A stretch of DNA of 38,168 nt. Origin: Mesotaenium endlicherianum. Taxonomy: Eukaryota. Positions 24,619 to 34,989 of this stretch are shown here, piece by piece. The stretch covers positions 465,265-503,432 of the forward strand of contig WELA01003597.1 in NCBI GenBank assembly GCA_009602735.1, in the 5' to 3' direction. The notes below the pieces were generated by a model that was not told the DNA's origin, made no database searches, and was given only the letters and a program-made list of their open reading frames with translations. The translations under genes and the position numbers were made by a program. Within the stretch, counting starts at the first letter, position 1. Each line of letters starts with the position of its first letter.

Positions 24619-25864
24619 TGAAATGAATCTTGCTTATTGAAGATTAATTATTTCATTTAAATATATAAGATCAGAGATAGGTGGAAGCGTGTGAAATCAG
24701 GGAGCAATCTTCGCCCTTATAATGAATTCCATTTACTTATCTACACGCCTTGACTCATTTACCGTAGTTGCACACTAACACGAGGCACAAGCAAGAGGCG
24801 AGCTTGAGGACTTGAGCTCTCCTTTAGAAACTCATGGCCTCTTGCCTACCAGGCTTGCCAGCATGTATAGCACATGCACAACATCAGGGGACTGAATAGC
24901 AAAGGTGCTCTCATTCGAGTGACCATAATGTAGCTAAAACACATCCCACTGACTTAGGTGCAAACCATGGAATCTGTCCGCTGTGTGACCCCGAAATGTC
25001 AGAGGGCCTAAATCTGCCAATACTTCCTTAAATTGAGCAAACTTAATGGCAACGGATGCATCTTAACGAGAACTTTTCGAAAAGTCCTAGTTCGCTCCAT
25101 TTGGAGCGCAGACAAAGCAGCCATGTTAATTTTCGTGAAGGCTGGTCATTAGAACGAACCCAAAAGTGCACACATGACTTGCAAGTAGAAATCCAACTAT
25201 AAAGCCAACTGTCCAGAATGAGGGACCACGAGATCCCAGCCTGCTATGTACCTAGTGACCACCTGGTTGACCATGGCGCAAGGTGCGCCGTTTCGTGCGA
25301 AACCTGTTAAGTTGGGACCCACGGATCTAGGTGTAACGACCATATTAATTGGTCGGTTGACTGAAGTCCTAATTGTTCAGTTGACTGACAACGGCTCCGC
25401 CCACCCAGGAGTTAACCACACTGGTAGGACATCGATTTACCGAATCTCAGTCGACCTTCCGACTTTCAGTATACTACGGTCACATGTGCCAATCTACAAA
25501 TAATAATCAAAATGAATGTATCTATCCTCAGCGTACTGAAGCTAAGTATACTGACTAATATGAGGAGAGCTTCCTATACGTCAACCTACTGATATTACAT
25601 CCTATATATAACGGATATACAAATCTCAACTAACTATACTATGATACAAAAGTCATCTTGTTGACCTTCTCAACAAGTCAGCAAACTACACTGTTATACA
25701 AAAGTCATCCTGCTGACATTTTTGACGAAGTAAGTAAACTCGCATTACATCGACATACATTTATTTAGATGAACTTGCACATGTGAGTATATTGACATAA
25801 TACTTATTTAGTGTTATAGTTATATATGCAATTAATTTAATAAATTATGAACTGATTTGATACA
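24619..25864. mobile_element. Solo LTR, family A, copy 2 (inverted relative to copy 1)
   Basis: TGAAATGAATC...GATTTGATACA, the reverse complement of 17-1276. Flanked by a 5-bp TSD TGCTG (24614-24618 and 25865-25869), although this sits in a (TGC)n context. Confidence 0.85.
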
Positions 25865-26267
25865 TGCTGCTACTGCTGTCGCGCTCTTCCCTGAACCCTA
25901 TGCACCGGGCTCGTACACCTTGTTGAGGTAGGCGCGAGGATGCTTCTTCGCCCTAGCCCACCTGAGTCCCTGGGGGCCCACCAGGTCACTGACGTGGTTG
26001 GTGTTGCACACGTGCCGCTTTGTGCTCGTCGAGTTGTCGTCAGCCGGCCAGCCAAGCGTTGAAACGGACCACGAGCTCCGCACAGCCAAGCGCCCCGTAT
26101 CCGCCACGTGTGTTTCCACAAAGTGCCCAACGTCCATGGCGCAGTGCAGGTACTTGCTCCTGCCATTGACGCGTCCGTGATCACCCCTCCCCATGGGCAG
26201 CAGTGCGCCCCACTCCTCCCTCGTCAGCGCCGTCCGCCTGTCCCCGGCCCTCGTGCCGGCCGCCGTC

Positions 26268-26770
26268 TCTAGTGATTTGAGTTATTATATATTAATTTGC
26301 ATATAATCTAATGTTTTCAATTATATTTGGAGTAGTATTGTGTGGATTCAAGTGTGAATAGGTACTCTAGTGACTTGGTTCATGTCCTTTGAACCTTCTT
26401 GGGCATTTTCGAAGTTAGAGGAAAGACCTAGAAGAACTCCACGTTGCAAAAGTCAAATGTGCCATTTTTAGGTCAAAAGGACATGTGTACATTATTCTAG
26501 AAAGAGGTGGCAAGTTTTGGGATGTGTTGGGTGCCAACACATCAACATACACCGGCCTAGAAATTACTTATGTAGCAAGTATATAAACAAGAGCTAGAAC
26601 ATAGAAAGACATTCCAGAATCACTCTTGTACTTGCCAAATTCCAAAAATATATTAACTATCAAGAAGCCATCTCTCTTTCAAGAAGCTACCACTTGTATT
26701 CAAAGATCCTTGTCTTGAATAGATGAAGTATTATATTTCACTAAGTACTTTATCTATTTGTTTCACTACA
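26268..26770 (+). repeat. 5' LTR of the chromovirus (503 bp)
   Basis: TCTAGTGA...TCACTACA (7/8 inverted repeat; TG start apparently mutated to TC). Sharp GC-to-AT switch at 26268, TATATAAA at ~26580, and a PBS-like GTTTTATCGGAGC immediately after. Confidence 0.65.
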
Positions 26771-26807
26771 GTTTTATCGGAGCTAGGCACTTTGGTAGCA
26801 CAAGAAG

Positions 26808-28079
26808 ATGGCCGATCCTCAAGACCAACAGCAAGCTTTCAAAGGAAGCCCTTCTTCTCCAAGACACTCTCCTCCAGCGCCGATGGGAGAGCCCACTCAA
26901 GAAAATCTGCAACAACAAGAAGCACCACAAGGAGGAGCATACCCTCCTCCAGCGCCGATGGGAGAGCCTACTCAAGGAAATCTGCGACAACAAGAGGCAC
27001 CACAAGAGGGAGCACCGGCAAATCCCGTGGCAGCCGATATAGCAAAGTTGACCCCACCACAAGGAGTTCCCGCAAATGAGTGGGCAGCCTTCCTAATGAC
27101 CGTCCACAACCAAGTGGGCTTGGCCACCTATGAAGCAACCGTGCAAGCATCAAGAGAAGCTATGGCTGCCATGGCTGCCCCTATTGCGAGCAATGCTCAA
27201 AATCCAGCCCCGGCTCAAGCGCCTCCACAAGAGCCAACGAGAGCAAGGAAACTCATCAAGCCCGGCAAACCCGACACTTTCAACCCCGGGAAAGGTGCCA
27301 ACCTGAATTTATGGCTCTACCAAGTGGAGACGTACCTCGCGTTCCTTGAAGTACCCGAGGAGGACTACGTTCCCTTTGCCGTTACCTTACTTAGAGGAGC
27401 AGCAACATCATGGTGGCGTAACTATCAAGCGGCTATATATCAAGCTATGGCGCACCCCATGCTCGGCCAAGAGCCCCCACCATCATATGCAAGATGGGCA
27501 GATTTTCGTGAGGCCCTCAAGAAGCAATTCATGCCCATCAATGCGGAGAAGATTGCCCGAGGAAAGCTCCACCATCTCAAGCAAACGACGTCCGTTCAAG
27601 AGTATACATCCAGATTTCACGCCCTCACTCTTGAGATCCCCAACATGTCTCTCGAGGAGAAGATTGACCGCTACATCTTTGGCCTCAAGCCCAAGGTGGC
27701 AAAGGAAGTGGAGTTACGCGATTTGACGGACTTCTCAAGGATCATTGAAGTGGCCCAAAAGGTGGATTTCAAGCACTCCGTGCCTCCATCTTCACGGGTT
27801 CCGGCGACGCGGGTGTACGCAGCCCCTTCCACATCCGAATCTGGACCCACACCCATGGAAATTGGAGTTATTAAAAGGGACCCCGCGGCTGCCCGGAAGA
27901 GTGGAAGACCCTCCAATGACACTTATGATGCAAGAAACCAGCAAGGAGTGAAAGCAAGACTCTCCCCGGCTGAAAAAGAAGCTCTCATGACGGCTGGACT
28001 ATGCTTCTATTGCAAGGAAAAGGGCCATCGTGCACTTTCATGCCCCAAAAAGTTGTCAAAAAACGGACAGCGCCGGTAG
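26808..28079 (+). CDS. gag: Ty3/gypsy Gag (423 aa) with CCHC zinc knuckle
   Basis: KPDTFNPG...WLYQVETYL, LLRGAATSWW, LKQTTSVQEYTSRF, GPTPMEIG, CFYCKEKGHRALSC. N-terminal duplicated PPAPMGEPTQ.NL.QQEAPQ.GA repeat. Confidence 0.95.
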   Translation: MADPQDQQQAFKGSPSSPRHSPPAPMGEPTQENLQQQEAPQGGAYPPPAPMGEPTQGNLRQQEAPQEGAPANPVAADIAKLTPPQGVPANEWAAFLMTVHNQVGLATYEATVQASREAMAAMAAPIASNAQNPAPAQAPPQEPTRARKLIKPGKPDTFNPGKGANLNLWLYQVETYLAFLEVPEEDYVPFAVTLLRGAATSWWRNYQAAIYQAMAHPMLGQEPPPSYARWADFREALKKQFMPINAEKIARGKLHHLKQTTSVQEYTSRFHALTLEIPNMSLEEKIDRYIFGLKPKVAKEVELRDLTDFSRIIEVAQKVDFKHSVPPSSRVPATRVYAAPSTSESGPTPMEIGVIKRDPAAARKSGRPSNDTYDARNQQGVKARLSPAEKEALMTAGLCFYCKEKGHRALSCPKKLSKNGQRR

Positions 28080-28093
28080 GCCAGGAGCCTACC
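28058..28093 (+). promoter_or_regulatory. -1 programmed ribosomal frameshift signal
   Basis: Slippery heptamer A AAA AAC (28058-28064) in gag phase; pol is in the -1 frame. Downstream hairpin GGTAGGC-cagga-GCCTACC (28075-28093). Confidence 0.8.
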
Positions 28094-31000
28094 ACCCCAA
28101 GACCCACTTCACGAGAAGGCAACACGCCAAGTGAGGTGGAGACCCCCGTTGAAGACGACGTTCCAGCCCCAATGAGTTTGAGAGGTTACCTTGGAGGAGA
28201 GAAGGTCCACATCTTGGTGGATAGCGGAGCTCAAGGCAACTTCATTGCTGCAGATTTTGCCACCAAGCACGGTATTACTATGCGAACTCTTGACCACGAC
28301 GAGGAGATTATGATGCCCGATGGATTCTCCTATACTACCCCTTCCAAGAAGACGTACCCCTTGGCACTCTCTATCAAGTCCTTCAAGGATAGAGTAGTGT
28401 TCTCCCCCATGCAATTGGGCAAGTACGACGTCATCCTAGGGACGCCTTGGTTGACCAAGCACAACCCCCAAGTTGATTGGAGGACCGGTACTATCAAGAT
28501 CAAGAATGACATCACTTCAAGAATCTGTATTTTGCGCGCAATCCAGAATATCGAGACCCAAGACATCAAGAAGCCGGCACACGAGATACTATTGTCTGCC
28601 CTCTAACTCAAGAGACTTGTGAGGAAGGGACACGAGGTTCTGTTGGCCCTGATCACGCCAAAAGACATCAAGAAAGACATCGAGAGTCAAGAAGGCAGGC
28701 CCGTTCCCAAGGAGATCCAAGAAGTCTTGAAGAACTACAAAGAAGTATTCTCCCCGAAATTGCCCCAGGGCCTACCTTCCAAAAGGTTCGTGGACCACAA
28801 GATAGAGTTGGAGCCCGGAAGCAAGCCCATCTCTCGGCCTACGTTCAAAATGTCATACACGGAGCTAGACGAAGTCAAGAAGCAAATCAAGGAGCTACTG
28901 GAGCATGGCTTCATTCGACCTAGCGAGTCGCCATTTGGAGCCCCGGTGCTATTTGTCAAGAAGAAAGATGGTACCTTGAGGATGTGTGAGGACTATCGCG
29001 CCCTCAACAAGATCACCATCAAGAATCGATACCCGTTGCCGCGCATGGATAAGCTCATGGACCGGCTGGTTGGAGCCAAGTACTTCACGAAGATTGACTT
29101 ACGGAGCGGCTACCACCAGATTCGCATCGCAGAACCGGACATAGAGAAGACGGCATTCAGGACAAGATATGGACATTTTGAGTTCACGGTCCTGCCATTT
29201 GGACTCACCAACGCGCCAGCAACTTTCATGACTATGATGAACACCATATTTCAGCCCATGTTGGACAGATTTGTGGTGGTATTCATCGATGACATCCTTA
29301 TCTACAGCAAGACCCTTGAAGAGCATGCGAGACACTTGAAAGAAGTCCTTGAAGTATTGAAGCAAAACAAGCTATTTGCGAAGGAGTCAAAGTGCGAGTT
29401 TGCCAAACAAGAAGTGGAGTTCCTAGGTCTCCACGTGACTGCTGATGGCATCAAGATGGACCCCAAGAAGACCACGGTGGTGGAGGAATGGCCAACCCCC
29501 ACGACCAAGAAAGAACTCCAGTCATTCTTGAAATTTGCCAATTGGTACAGGAAATTCATCCAAGGCTTCTCGCACGTAGCAGTCCCCCTGACAGATCTAC
29601 TCAAGAAGGACATACATGGACCGAGAAAGAGGAAGAGGCATTTCCAAAGTTAAAGCAAAGATTGACCACTTCCCCAGTGCTCACACTCCCAAGTCCAAAC
29701 CCAAATTGGCCCTTCCACGTCATCACTGTTGCATCTTCCTATGCAATAGGAGCAAACTTGCTTCAAGACTAAGGCAAGGGACTGCAGCCCATTGCCTACG
29801 AGTCAAGGAAGCTAAATCTGGCCGAGCAAAATTATACAACCACGGAGCGAGAGGCATTGGCGATTGTACATGCCTTGAAGGTTTGGCGCTGCTACGTTGA
29901 AGGACGCAAGGTACTGGTCACCACGGACCACGAGGCGTTAAAGCACCTCCAGACGCAGCCGTATCTCTCAAGGAGACAAGCAAGATGGAGCGGATACTTG
30001 CAACAATACAACATCACGATTCAGTACCAGCCCGGCAAGACAAACCCGGCTGACCCCCTCTCAATACTGCAATTAAATGCAGTGATGACATCCCTGAAGA
30101 CAGATCTGGAAGCTCGATATTCAGCCGCCTATGAAAGAGACCCTTACTACAAGAACGGAGAAGCAGCCTTGGACCCATACAAGAAGCAAGAAGGCAATTA
30201 TTGGGTGAGGCAAGACACGGGCCAGAGATGTGTTCCTAATGACTTAGACCTCCGGCTCTTGCTTCTACGAGAAGCTCACGACAACCCTCTTGGAGGACAT
30301 TTTAAAATCCTAAGGACCACGGGCGTTCTAGCCAGGACTTATTGCTGGCCAGGCATGTCTAAGCAAGTCAAGGAGTACTGCAGGAGCTGTGACACATGCC
30401 AAAGAATCAAGGTTTCATCGCAAAAGGCAGGAGGACTCCTCCAACCACTACCAATCTCCAAAAGACAATGGACGGACATCTCAATGGACCTTATCGTGGA
30501 CTTGCCCGTGACACTTCGAGGCCATAATGCAATACTCACGGTGGTGGACAGACTTACCAAGATGGCTCATTTTATTTCCACGACGACGAAGGCTACCGCA
30601 CCACAACTTGCAAGACTCATCTTTGACAACATCTTTTGACTCCATGGATTACCATCAAGAATTGTGTCGGATAGAGATCCAAGATTCACAAGCCATTTCT
30701 GGAAAAATCTCTTCAAGAACTTGGGTACATCGCTGGATATGTCCACTGCCTACCACCCGCAATCAGATGGGCAAACGGAGCGTATGAATTGTACTCTAAA
30801 GACCTCCCTAAAGGCCTACATGTCTACTCTGGAGCAAGATTGGGACATGTACTTGACCCCCATGGAGTTTGCCTACAACAACACAACGCAGGCCTCTACC
30901 CAAGAGTCCCCATTCTTCCTCAACTATGGCTTCCATCCAACCACGCCGCTGAGCTTCACGGCTGGCCATGATGAAGTACCTGCAGCAACAGATTTTATGG

Positions 31001-31587
31001 AGACATTAGAAGGAGCCCTTACAGCAGCAAAGAAAGCTCTACAACAGGCGCAAGATGCTCAAGCAAGAGTGGCAAACAGGTCCAGAAGAGAAATTACGTA
31101 CAGAGTGGGTGACAACGTGTTACTACTATCCAAGAATATTTCCCTGAACAACAGGCCTGGCGGCAGCAAGTTCTCTCCCAAGTATTTGGGACCCTTCAAG
31201 ATTATCCAGCAAGTCAACCCCGTTGCTTTCAAGCTAGAACTTCCCCAGACTATGCACATCGACCCCGTATTCCACGCTTCCCTCTTCAAGCCGTATGTGC
31301 AACCCAACAACAAGTTCCCAGGACGTGTGACAACCCCACCAGCCCCAACAATAGTGGATGATCATTTGGAGTACGAAGTGGAAGACATAGTGGCTATGAG
31401 AAATTTCAGGAGACAGCAGCAATACTTGATCAAGTGGAAAGGATATCCAGATTCGGAGAATAGTTGGGTGGCGGCGCACTACCTTGACAAAGTTCAGAGA
31501 AAGTTGAAGCGCTTCCATGCCGCCAACCCCCATCTTGGACCAGCCCCAAGTCTCTCTACTAGAAGCCCGACAACTTCAGGGAGGTAG
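28064..31587 (+). pseudogene. pol: Chromovirus pol (protease, RT, RNase H, integrase, chromodomain) with inactivating lesions
   Basis: ILVDSGA protease; [28 protein letters not shown]; RNase H (TDAS motif altered to TVAS); integrase HHCC, SMDLI, SDRDPRF, SDGQTER; GPF; chromodomain EYEVEDIV...YLIKWKGYPDSENSWV (~31369-31470). Stops at 28604, 29770 and 30637; frameshift near 29615. Confidence 0.95.
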
Positions 31588-31807
31588 CCTGCCACCATCA
31601 AGAAGCAGCAAAAGACCCCTTGGAGGCAGCCTGCAAGAACAAGAAAGAGGGAAAATTGACATTAGACACTCTTGTCGTGCGTTAGGAGATCGGGTGCGCC
31701 TTGTCGGCATAAGCAACACACCATAGACAAGCAGGCTTTGCTGCAATGAAGTCTATAATACAAATGGCTTTATAGCCAAAAAGGGAGTCAAGCGTCAAAT
31801 GTTTTAA

Positions 31808-31817
31808 TTCCCCCCCC
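31808..31817 (-). promoter_or_regulatory. Polypurine tract of the DNMT-carrying gypsy
   Basis: Minus strand GGGGGGGGAA, 5 nt downstream of the polyprotein stop at 31823. Confidence 0.65.
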
Positions 31818-31870
31818 AGCTCTCAGCCTCTAGCTGATGGGCTGTGTACGCTGCCTAAGGCTAGCTCAGT

Positions 31871-32005
31871 GCAGTCTTCGCAGAACCAGTCGTCAGCGGG
31901 CACGCGGGCCAGCGGCGGGTCGAGGCAGCTGATGTGGAAGCCGAGGTTGCAGCTGTCGCAAAGCAGCATCTTGGCCTCCTGGCCAATGCTGTGACAGATC
32001 TGGCA
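31871..32005 (-). other. PHD finger (C4HC3) fused to the integrase C-terminus
   Basis: CQIC...LLCDSCNLGFHISCLDPPLARVPADDWFCEDC with all eight zinc ligands. Confidence 0.95.
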
Positions 32006-32049
32006 CGCCCAGTCCTTGGGCGGCCGCGCGTCGCGAGGACGGACCTGCA

Positions 32050-33110
32050 AGTCCAGGTTAGGAAGGTGGCACGGTCCACAGTTCTTTGTGTGGTCCTTGT
32101 GAAGACGGCCATCTGCGCCTTCCAGCTCCAGGACTCCTGATGCCAAGGCACGCTTGACGCGCAGGATGACCGGCGAGCTGCTGGTGTTGAGGGTGTTCTT
32201 CGTCTGGCGTCGCAGGTACACGAAGTCACCTGCGGAAAACTGCAACACCCGCGGATGATAGGCTCCTCCACGAGTCATGGCGTACCTCAGTGTGTCGCGG
32301 TGCTGTGAGATGCTGAGGTTATCCATGGCCATGGGCATCAGGCGCCGAAAGAGCTGAGCACGCTGCCCAATAAGAGCACTCCATGTGTCGGGACTGTCCA
32401 AGTCCAAGACGTTCTCGGCCACAGTCTTGGCTGCTGCTGGCAGGATGGGCTGTCGGCCGTAGAGAAGGAAGTAGGGAGAGTGCGAGGCCAGGGAGGCCTG
32501 CTTACTGAACCTGTACCCCATCGCCAGCCAAGAGAGGGCATCGTCCCAGTAGGTACGGTCGTGGGCAAGGCAGTACTTCCGCAACCCTAGCTTGACGGTC
32601 TGCACCATGCGCTCGGCGAGGCCGTCAGCCTGAGGATGATCGCGGGAGGTGGTGCGGTGGTCGATCATAGAGCGCTCCAGCAGCTTCTAAAAGCTGCCTT
32701 GGAACTCCTTGCCCTGGTCGGTCAGCACCTCAGCGCAGCCGCCAAAACGGCTAAGGACCTGATTGAAGAAGGCCTGAGCGATCCCCTCACTGGCCTTGCT
32801 GGGCAAGGGCACGAGCTCGATCCACTTGGACATGTGCTCAATCATCACCAAGACGTAGAGGTTGCCCTGGCGAGACTTGGGCAGCTCTCCAGCCAAGTCA
32901 AGCGACCACCAGTAGAACAGCCCCTGAATAGGAAGGGGGCTGAGGGCAACGGTGCGCGCTGTGAAGGTCGAGCGCACACGGTCGCAGAGAGTGCAGCTGC
33001 TGACGACAGCGGCGACGACCTTAGTCATGCCGTGCCACCAGTACTTGGCCTGGAGAAGACTGAGGGTGCGCTTGACACCGAAGTGCCCGAGGGACTCGTG
33101 CACTCGGCGC
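32050..33110 (-). pseudogene. Integrase of the DNMT-gypsy
   Basis: HHCC (VHESLGHFG...CTLC) and DDE residues (WSLDLAG, VLTDQGKEF, ADGLAERMVQ); stop at 32687-32689; SPYFLLYGR; FSAGDFVYL. Confidence 0.92.
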
Positions 33111-33397
33111 ACCAGCTGGCTACGTATGGCAGGTTCAGGGACCACTAGGACAGAGCCGTCCGCCATTACGCGCCGCACGCGCCCCTCCATGAAAATGAAG
33201 TCGCGGCTGCGCATGAGGATGCGGTCGCGCTCGCGTGCGCTGGCATCAGGTGCCAACTCCTTGGCCGTGACGTACTGCAGCACTGGGGCGTCGTCCCACA
33301 CGTCCTCGGGACCGCGCTGCCAGCTGTCCTGATCCTCTGCCGCTGCCAGGGCCAATCGCCGTGTGGTGATGGTCACCATGTCCAGGCTAGTGAGCCC

Positions 33398-34540
33398 TGC
33401 GTAGGCCACCACATGCTCGAAGCCGTCATGCTCCTGTACCAGCACAGCGCCCAGCCCTGCCTGCGACCAATCGGTGTGGAGGATGAAGGGCTTCGCGTAG
33501 TCAGGACGTCGCAGCACAGGAGCGCTCACCAGCAGCTCCTTGAGCTTATCAAATGCCGCCTGCTGCTCTGGTCCCCACACGTAAGTAACGCCCTTGCGGA
33601 GCAAGTTGTTGAGCGGCTTGGCTAGCTCGCTGAACCCTGGCACGAAGCGGCGGTAGTAGTTGGCAATGCCGAGGAAGGCCCGCAGCTGCGAGAGATCTGT
33701 AGGAGGTGGGATGCCTGTGATGGCCGAGATCTTCGCCAGCTGGGGTGCCAAGCCGCTGGAGGAGAGCAGGTCGCCAAGGTACTCCACCTCGCGGGTCCCA
33801 AAAGTGCACTTGCCTGGATGGCACTTAAGCCCAGCGGCCTCCAAGCGGTCCAGGACGGCAGTGATGTGCACCACGTGCTCCTCAAACGTCTGACTGAAGA
33901 CGAGCACGTCATCGAGCTAGCATTGGGCAAAGGATAGCCCGACCAGCTCCTTATCCATCACCCTCTGAAAGGTAGCTGGCGCATTCTTCAACCCGAACGG
34001 CATCACCACCCACTCATAGAGCCGCTGTGCTCCCCAGAACGCCGTCTTATGCTGGTCCTCCTCGGCGATGGGAATCTGGTTGAAGCCCTGACGCAGATCC
34101 AGCACCGAGAACCAAGTCCACGTGCCAATGTCGTCAAAGATCTCGTCAGGCGTCGGCATAGGATATCTGTCCTGCTCGGTGACCTCGTTCAGCCTACGAT
34201 AGTCACCGCACATCCTCTTCTCGGATCAGTTGCCCAAGGCATCCTTCTTGGCTGGCATGACCGTGGGTGCGGCATAGCGAGAGGAGGACTCTCGAATGAG
34301 CCGGCTGTCCTCCAGCTTGCCTGTCTGCGCGCTGATCAAGCCATCCTCAAAGTGGCTGTAGCGATAACGCTTCAGGAAAATGGGCTCCTGCGACGTGAGA
34401 GTAATCCGCATGGGGTCCCCCCGATAGCGCCCGAGATCGTGCATGCCGCTGTCAAAGCTGGTGCTGCGCCTCCCGTCCAGCAGTGCCGTCAACTGTGTAG
34501 CCTGCGCCGTGGTGAGTGTCCCCCCCAGCTTCCATGTCGG
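33398..34540 (-). pseudogene. pol: Reverse transcriptase and N-terminal part of RNase H of the DNMT-gypsy
   Basis: RMCGDYRRLN, FSVLDLRQGFNQI, MPFGLKNAPATFQR, C*LDDVLVFS (YLDD Tyr codon is now TAG, 33917-33919), TGA at 34226-34228, FLGIANYYRRFV, PFILHTDWSQAGLGAVL...VVAYA, then a deletion. Confidence 0.93.
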
Positions 34541-34989
34541 TGGAGCTGGTGGCGTCGCCTGGCCTGCAACTAGAGTCTCTTCTCTTGCCGCTGGGGTAGA
34601 CCGTGGTGTTGCAGATTTCACCTGCCCTGCAGTGGTTGGCGCTCGGCCTGCCCTAGGTACCTGCACTGTGGCAGCTGCGGCCAGCTGCCTGGCACCGTCT
34701 GCCTGCGAGCGAGGATAAAGAAAAGGTGACTGGGACTCCCTGGGTCCCTGTGAGGACTCCTCTCTCCGCCGTCCCCCCCCCAGCGAACCAGAGTCCTCCC
34801 CGCGCGGCTGCGGGGAGGGGGGGCGGGTGCGCGCTTGCGGTGCAGGCCCTGCGCGCTGAGGATGCCACGTCGTGCCGGGCAAGGCCTGATTGTCATCGTC
34901 GGTGGAGTCATCGTCCATATCATCGGCAGGCCGAGGGAGCTCGGGATGCCGGGCTGTGGCGTAGAGAGGCGCCAAGGCCTGCGTCTGCA

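Larger units (their letters stand above)
26268..31587 (+). mobile_element. Chromovirus (Ty3/gypsy with integrase chromodomain); 3' LTR absent
   Basis: 5' LTR, intact gag, and pol with PR-RT-RH-IN-chromodomain in gypsy order. Confidence 0.96.

Noticed and set aside
24143..24640. His/Thr-rich ORF
   Set aside because: Translation of the (CA)n compound microsatellite.
17..25864. Giant TIR DNA transposon (Mutator or Foldback-like) carrying cargo genes
   Set aside because: Each repeat has its own TG...CA ends, copy 2 has its own 5-bp TSD, the outer flanks share no TSD, and no transposase was found.
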